Assembly (NCBI GenBank): GCA_030602785.1 | Contig: JAUVZB010000007.1 | Span: 1,420 to 65,419, forward strand | From: Dehalococcoidia bacterium | GTDB lineage: Bacteria > Chloroflexota > Dehalococcoidia > GIF9 > AB-539-J10 | Direction of reading: 5' to 3' | Length of the DNA: 64,000 nucleotides | Shown: positions 58,922 to 64,000 of the stretch, one piece after another | Layout of the letters: each line of letters opens with the position of its first letter | How positions within the stretch are numbered: position 1 is the first letter of the stretch | The notes under the pieces: model-generated | The model's database searches: none | Seen by the model: the letters and a program-made list of their open reading frames with translations, nothing else | What the model was told of the DNA's origin: nothing | Translations under genes and position numbers: made by a program

Positions 58922-60175
58922 CTAGCCGAAATCCACCCCTTGCGCCATCAGGTTTTCCTGCAACAGCGCAACGTTGAGTTCCCTCGGGGAGACTCCCTCT
59001 TTGAGGGCCAGTGCTGCTGCGGTGCCAGCCGCTTGACCGGTTGCGAAGCACACAGGGATTATGCGCAACTGCACCATTGCGTCTTGCTTCGCGGATATGC
59101 ACCTTCCTACTACGAAGAGATTGTCCACATCCTTCGGGACAATAGACCTGTAGGGGACCCTCATTTCCCTGTCTGCGTATGGCTTCGCGACAGTGTCGCT
59201 GAACCTCTGTGTCATCACTTCATTGAACGATGGCATGATTTCACCGACAATTCTCCGAGTTTCTCGCACGCCGACCTGTGTTGCGGTGTACTCGATGCGA
59301 GCGTCTTCGAAACCAGCCAAGTTCGCCTTGAGGAAGGCCGCAAGTCTCATGGCGTGTTCCCTGGTGATGACTTCGGCCCGAGTCAGCTGTGCGGGGTCAA
59401 GTCCGTTGATTCCGCGCAGACTGCCCGACCACACGTTGATCTCCCGTGGATAGCATAGGTTCGCCGCGAACACACCAGGCGCATACCCACTGGGCTGGAG
59501 GTCGAGGTCAAATGGCAGGTCGCCGCGTTCTACAGCCTCCTTTACAACCCGACGCAGCTTGCCCCAATTGCCGATCTGGGACATGACTCTGTCAATGTCA
59601 ACCTCAGCCATGTTGAACATGAGAGTTACAGGGAGAAGGTCCTCCGCCGTTTCGTATGGAGCTCCTGCGGAGGCAGCTACGTCACCGTCTCCGGTCGCAT
59701 CTACTGTGGTCCTTGCGAGAATCGCTGCCCTTCCTGCCTTGTTCTCTACTATTACTCCTTGGCAGGAACCGTTCTCCACAATGGTCCGAACGATGTATGT
59801 ATGGAGCAAGAGCTTGACATTTTGGCGCAGCAACATGCCCATCAGTTCGTACTTGAGTATTTCCGGGTCAACCGCAATCAGGGTTGCTGTTTCGGTTGCT
59901 TCCCCCAGATTGCTACATTTGAGATATGACTTCGAACTCTCCAGCGTCTTGCGAATTTCGTTGTTGATGCCGTTGTTCATGGGCCCAAGGGTTATCACCA
60001 ATCCAGCTGTTGCAAGGCCACCAAGGAATCCGTATCGCTCGATCAGCATCACCTTTGCCCCATTGCGGGCAGCGCAAGTGGCGGCCGCAACCCCGGCAAC
60101 GCCCCCTCCGCAGACAAGAACATCTGTGTTCTCGACTACGGGGGTCCTCGTTTCTGCTTCAGTTATCCACTGCAT
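58922..60175 (-). CDS. FAD-dependent oxidoreductase
   Basis: Dinucleotide-binding DVLVCGGGVAGVAAA. Start at MQWITE. Confidence 0.65.
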   Translation of the reverse strand: MQWITEAETRTPVVENTDVLVCGGGVAGVAAATCAARNGAKVMLIERYGFLGGLATAGLVITLGPMNNGINNEIRKTLESSKSYLKCSNLGEATETATLIAVDPEILKYELMGMLLRQNVKLLLHTYIVRTIVENGSCQGVIVENKAGRAAILARTTVDATGDGDVAASAGAPYETAEDLLPVTLMFNMAEVDIDRVMSQIGNWGKLRRVVKEAVERGDLPFDLDLQPSGYAPGVFAANLCYPREINVWSGSLRGINGLDPAQLTRAEVITREHAMRLAAFLKANLAGFEDARIEYTATQVGVRETRRIVGEIMPSFNEVMTQRFSDTVAKPYADREMRVPYRSIVPKDVDNLFVVGRCISAKQDAMVQLRIIPVCFATGQAAGTAAALALKEGVSPRELNVALLQENLMAQGVDFG

Positions 60176-60198
60176 ACCGAACCTCCTACTGAGTTGTC

Positions 60199-61534
60199 CT
60201 ACGGGATCATTCGTGCCGGAAGCCAAAGGACCATCTGAGGGAAGAGTGCACAAAGGAGCATGCCCACAACGATGATGCCAACAAACGGGAATACTCCTCG
60301 GATGATGTCACCCAACGTGAGTCCCAGTTCTGGCGGGGCAATACCACGAAGATAGAATATTGTTGTTGCGAACGGAGGCGTCATGTACGCCATCTGAAGG
60401 TTCAACATAAGGAGTATTGCGAACCAGACTGGGTCAAAACCAAGAGCAGGGGCTAAGGGGCTGATAATTGGCACCATGATGAAGAGAATGCCGATAACGT
60501 CTATGAAGAAGCCCAACAGGAAGATGATGACCATTATCACGATGAATGCACCCCACCTGCCGCCAGGAGTAGCTGCAATGTACTCCCTCACAACTTCTCC
60601 GCCTCCAGCCCCTAGGAACACCCCGGTATAGGCGAACGACATTGCCCCTATCAGATATATCATGCTTGTGAGTCGAAGAGTCTGGAGACATACTGGTTTG
60701 AATGTCTCCCAGCTGAGCTTTCCGTACGCCGCACACATCACTATCGCAGCCAAGGCCCCAACGGCAGCCGCCTCAGTTGGGGGGGGCTATGCCAAGAAAA
60801 ATGCTCCCCATCACCGCTAGGATGAGCAGTGCTGGCGGAACAAGTGACTTGACGGCAGTCGTGACCTTCGCCAACATGGGGACATTTCTCTCCCGAATCG
60901 GTATTGCTGGTGCAAGGTGCGGTTGGACGAGACACCTGACGGCGATATAGAGGCAATACAGGAAAGAGAGCAGAAGCCCGGGCACAATGGCGCCCATGAA
61001 TAGTTTCCCCACCGAGATCATGGCCATCGGCCCGTAGATAACGAGAAGAACACTCGGAGGGATCAATTGGCCGAGGGTTCCTCCCGCACACACTGCTCCG
61101 GCAGCGAGTGCTTTGTCGTAGCCTCGCTTCACCATGGGCGGGAGCGCGACCAAAGCAAGTATGCTCACTGAGGCCCCAACTACCCCCACGCATGCAGCAA
61201 TCACAGTCCCGACCAATACCGTGACAATAGCCAGTCCTCCCCTCAGTCCTCCGAACAACACATACAACGCGCTATACATCGTGTCGGCGATTCCCGACCG
61301 CTGAAGTACTAGGCCCATGAAGATGAACAGCGGGATTGCCAGAAGAGTATAGCTGCGAACTTGCGCGAAAATCCTCGCGTATATCAAATCAAACGCACTG
61401 TGGCCGAACACCAGGTACCCGACAACGAAGCCTATGGCCCCCACGGTGATCCCCAGGGGATACCCGAACATCACCGCCACCAAGAGTCCCCCCAACATCA
61501 CAAGAACCACAGTCTCTGGAGCAATCTCAGTCAT
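60199..61534 (-). pseudogene. dctM: TRAP transporter large permease DctM, interrupted by a +1 frameshift in a G8/C8 homopolymer (60779-60786)
   Basis: Two track ORFs (60773..61534 N-terminal half, 60199..60753 C-terminal half). The C-terminal frame reads PPTEAAAVGAL back to the homopolymer. Removing one C restores ...GIAPPTEAAAVGALAAIV... Confidence 0.7.
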
Positions 61535-62036
61535 GGTGATTCTTCCTGAGGACTTGGCAGTCGTGGACGAATTGAACCACTCCTTGTAGCGTGAAAAGCG
61601 ACAGCCCTAGGAACATCACTGTTCGAAGTGGACCGGCAGGTGGGTACCAAGAAGACTCAATCAATACCTCGCCCATAGTCCAAGCGTGGACTGTGCGGTC
61701 AGCAGCAATGTACGTAAGGATGAAGCACATTGGAAATAGCAAGATTATCGAGCCCACGATGTTCACGAGAGCCTTTCCCCTGGTCGACATGCGGGAATAC
61801 CAGACATCGACCCTTACGTGGCCGTCATGCTTGAGCGTGTAGGCCCATCCGACGACTGCGATAGTCGCACCGAGCATACTGGCTGTCTCAGTTGCCCATG
61901 CTGTCGGCGAATCAAAAGCGTATCGTGCTGTGACTTCGAAGCAGAGCACCAACACAAGAGCCGGACAAATCCAACGCGCAGCATTCCCGGTGACTTCGCT
62001 CAGAGAGTCGATAACTCGCAAGATGATTCTCATTCT
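61527..62036 (-). CDS. dctQ: TRAP transporter small permease DctQ
   Basis: 4-TM DctQ family. Start at MRIILRVID. Confidence 0.7.
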   Translation of the reverse strand, partial: RMRIILRVIDSLSEVTGNAARWICPALVLVLCFEVTARYAFDSPTAWATETASMLGATIAVVGWAYTLKHDGHVRVDVWYSRMSTRGKALVNIVGSIILLFPMCFILTYIAADRTVHAWTMGEVLIESSWYPPAGPLRTVMFLGLSLFTLQGVVQFVHDCQVLRKNHHD

Positions 62037-62132
62037 CTCTCCAGACAAACCTGTTTGACTTGCATCGCTTCCCCCCCGCCGATGTGGCGTGGGGGAAGCG
62101 CGCAACGCCTTCAACCCTGTTGAGCAGAGCGA

Positions 62133-63221
62133 CTAGCCTATGTCCTGCGCTACGCAAATCTCTTTGAAAACTCGCTGTGACTCAATGACTTCCTTTGCGA
62201 ACGGATCAGCATCTGCCCTCTCGTCAAAGAACGTCGTGGCCTCAGCAACAAAGGCATCCACTATCTCCTGTGGAAGATTGATAACTTCATTGCCGTATGC
62301 CGTGTACTTGCCCAGTGCACCATAGTCGAGTGTGATTTCCTCGCCGTACCACTCAAGTGCCTCTGCCTGTGATGCAACCTTCACGATTCCCTTGAGGTCA
62401 GGGCTGAGCGCTTCCCAGGCGTCGGCGTTTACGAAGAAGGCCTTCGCCGATGTCGGAGCTCGGACGGGTGACAGATAGAGATAGTCAGACACCTCTTGGA
62501 AACCCATGTTCCAGTTGACTGCGGGCCCTCCATACTCGAACGCGTCAATGACTCCTCGCTGGGCAGCCTCGTAGAGTTCCTGACCAGGCAGTGTCACTAC
62601 TGATACGCCCAACCGACCGAGGATGAGTGCGCCGTCCCCCGCGGTCCGGAACTTGAGCCCCTTCAGGTCCTCAAGAGAGTCCAGCTTCTTAGTCGAGTGA
62701 CAGAATATCTCTTGAGGGTCGACGTTGGCCAAGCCGACGTAAACCGAGTTCTGCAGCGGCTCGTACAAGCGTGCCGCCAGTTGGTTGCCACCGCCCACCA
62801 AATACCACATCTGGAACTGGAGAGATGTCATTCCGCCGGACACTTGGTCGAAGAGACCTGCCGCTGGGAACAGGTTCAACTGATTCATGTGGCCTGCGAC
62901 GCAAGCCTCAATGACGCCTTGCTCGACACCTTCCTGAAGCTCTTGGGTGGATGGCACGACAGCGCCAGACGGATACACCTCAACCGTCAACCGCCCACCG
63001 CTCATGTCAGTGATTCTCTGGGCTATGCGGGTTGCGGCCACGTAGTGCCGCATCGCCGTTGTCGAAAGAGTTTGAAGCTTCCACTCATGTTGCTCGCTGG
63101 CCGGTGCAGCGGGAGCAGTATCAGATGAGGGCTCGTCAACAGTAGCTGGAGCACAGCTCACCATCCCAAGTGCACCAACCACTGCCAGGACAACCAGAAC
63201 ACCACGCAACTTGTTTCGCAT
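62133..63221 (-). CDS. dctP: TRAP transporter substrate-binding protein DctP (lipoprotein)
   Basis: DctP family. Signal peptide with lipobox ...LGMVSC. Start at MRNKLRGVL. Confidence 0.75.
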   Translation of the reverse strand: MRNKLRGVLVVLAVVGALGMVSCAPATVDEPSSDTAPAAPASEQHEWKLQTLSTTAMRHYVAATRIAQRITDMSGGRLTVEVYPSGAVVPSTQELQEGVEQGVIEACVAGHMNQLNLFPAAGLFDQVSGGMTSLQFQMWYLVGGGNQLAARLYEPLQNSVYVGLANVDPQEIFCHSTKKLDSLEDLKGLKFRTAGDGALILGRLGVSVVTLPGQELYEAAQRGVIDAFEYGGPAVNWNMGFQEVSDYLYLSPVRAPTSAKAFFVNADAWEALSPDLKGIVKVASQAEALEWYGEEITLDYGALGKYTAYGNEVINLPQEIVDAFVAEATTFFDERADADPFAKEVIESQRVFKEICVAQDIG

Positions 63222-63341
63222 TTCTATGTACCTCCCTGCAATTGTTGTGCGGTCCACATTCGACATCCCTGATTCGTGACCTCGAAGGCAACCTCCTCTC
63301 ATGTGACCACTCACATCCCTAGCACTATGTCTGGGCGCGTT

Positions 63342-64000
63342 CTATGATATTGTTGCCAGTTGTCGGCTCAGCTCTCTAGCGGTGTCTTGTACCAGAACCG
63401 CATAATCGTGCAATTGAGCTTCATTCATGCGCACGGTTGGGCCTGCAACGCTAATCCCTGCCACCACTCTTGAGTCGCCTTGGAAGACTGGAGCTCCCAC
63501 GCATCGCACTCCCAAGGTGCCTTCCTCGTCATCCACTGCATAACCGCAGTTGCGTATGTGTTCAAGTTCATGTTCGATAGCGGCAACGCTCTCGAGTGAT
63601 TTTGCGGTACTCACGACGATAGGGTGTTCTCTGAGGAGCCTCTGAGTCTGGGGTGTTGGCAGAAAAGCGAGGATTGTCTTACCCATCGCAGCACGATAGG
63701 CCTTCTCTCTCGAACCCAGAGGTTGCTCGATTCTTAGGTGGTGCGGACTCTCCACTTTGTGTATGCAGATGACTTCTATGCCATCCAGAATACCCAGATT
63801 CACAGTCTCACCTGTCTTGCCTGCAAGCTCCACCAAAAGGGGGCTGGCCAGCTCAACGAATTCCAGTTTCTGCACTATCTTCCTGCCCAACTCAAACAGC
63901 TTCAGGGATGCGGAGTAGCCGAGGCTGCGTTGGTCTTGCCGGACGTACCCTCTCGATTCGAGGGCCGTGAGCATCCTATGGATCGACGTCTTGGGCATCG
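63342..64000 (-). CDS. IclR-family transcriptional regulator (N-terminus beyond the window end)
   Basis: wHTH MPKTSIHRMLTALESRGYV and a C-terminal IclR effector domain. The ORF is open to the window edge. Confidence 0.75.
   Translation of the reverse strand, partial: MPKTSIHRMLTALESRGYVRQDQRSLGYSASLKLFELGRKIVQKLEFVELASPLLVELAGKTGETVNLGILDGIEVICIHKVESPHHLRIEQPLGSREKAYRAAMGKTILAFLPTPQTQRLLREHPIVVSTAKSLESVAAIEHELEHIRNCGYAVDDEEGTLGVRCVGAPVFQGDSRVVAGISVAGPTVRMNEAQLHDYAVLVQDTARELSRQLATIS

Overview
High-GC (~60%+) bacterial chromosomal window, densely coding, with many 4-nt ATGA/GTGA start-stop overlaps that indicate translational coupling. Mostly housekeeping genes: lysS (5'-truncated), serS, an AMP-dependent acyl-CoA synthetase, a 2-hydroxyacid dehydrogenase, a minus-strand operon (yraN-rnhB-mnmA-tmk-R3H/AAA ATPase-pdxS), rsmG, rel, rpsT, a complete ilvBNC-leuACDB-ilvE operon, dinB, pyrF, folC, tldD/pmbA, a PAC2-family protein, family-4 UDG, RNase J, ftsK, archaeal-type iPGM and a ROK kinase. 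The notable regions are: (1) a beta-oxidation-like module with an archaeal-type thiolase next to an HMG-CoA-synthase-like::DUF35 fusion that appears to lack the nucleophilic cysteine; (2) a type I R-M operon hsdM-hsdS-X-hsdR in which X is a PD-(D/E)xK-like gene, translationally coupled on both sides and disrupted by a 61-bp insertion flanked by a 28-bp perfect direct repeat; (3) a classical BCAA-rich leader peptide plus intrinsic-terminator attenuator upstream of ilvB, which is absent from the ORF track; (4) a sugar-acid/lactone catabolic island at the 3' end (split UxaA-type dehydratase, enolase-superfamily dehydratase, two tandem RraA/HMG-CHA-aldolase-like paralogs, PTE-family lactonase-like protein, FAD oxidoreductase, TRAP transporter with dctM frameshifted in a G8 homopolymer, IclR regulator). 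No rRNA/tRNA genes, CRISPR arrays or transposases were found. Many long ORFs in the track are antisense high-GC artefacts and were rejected. Coordinates include stop codons, following the ORF-track convention.
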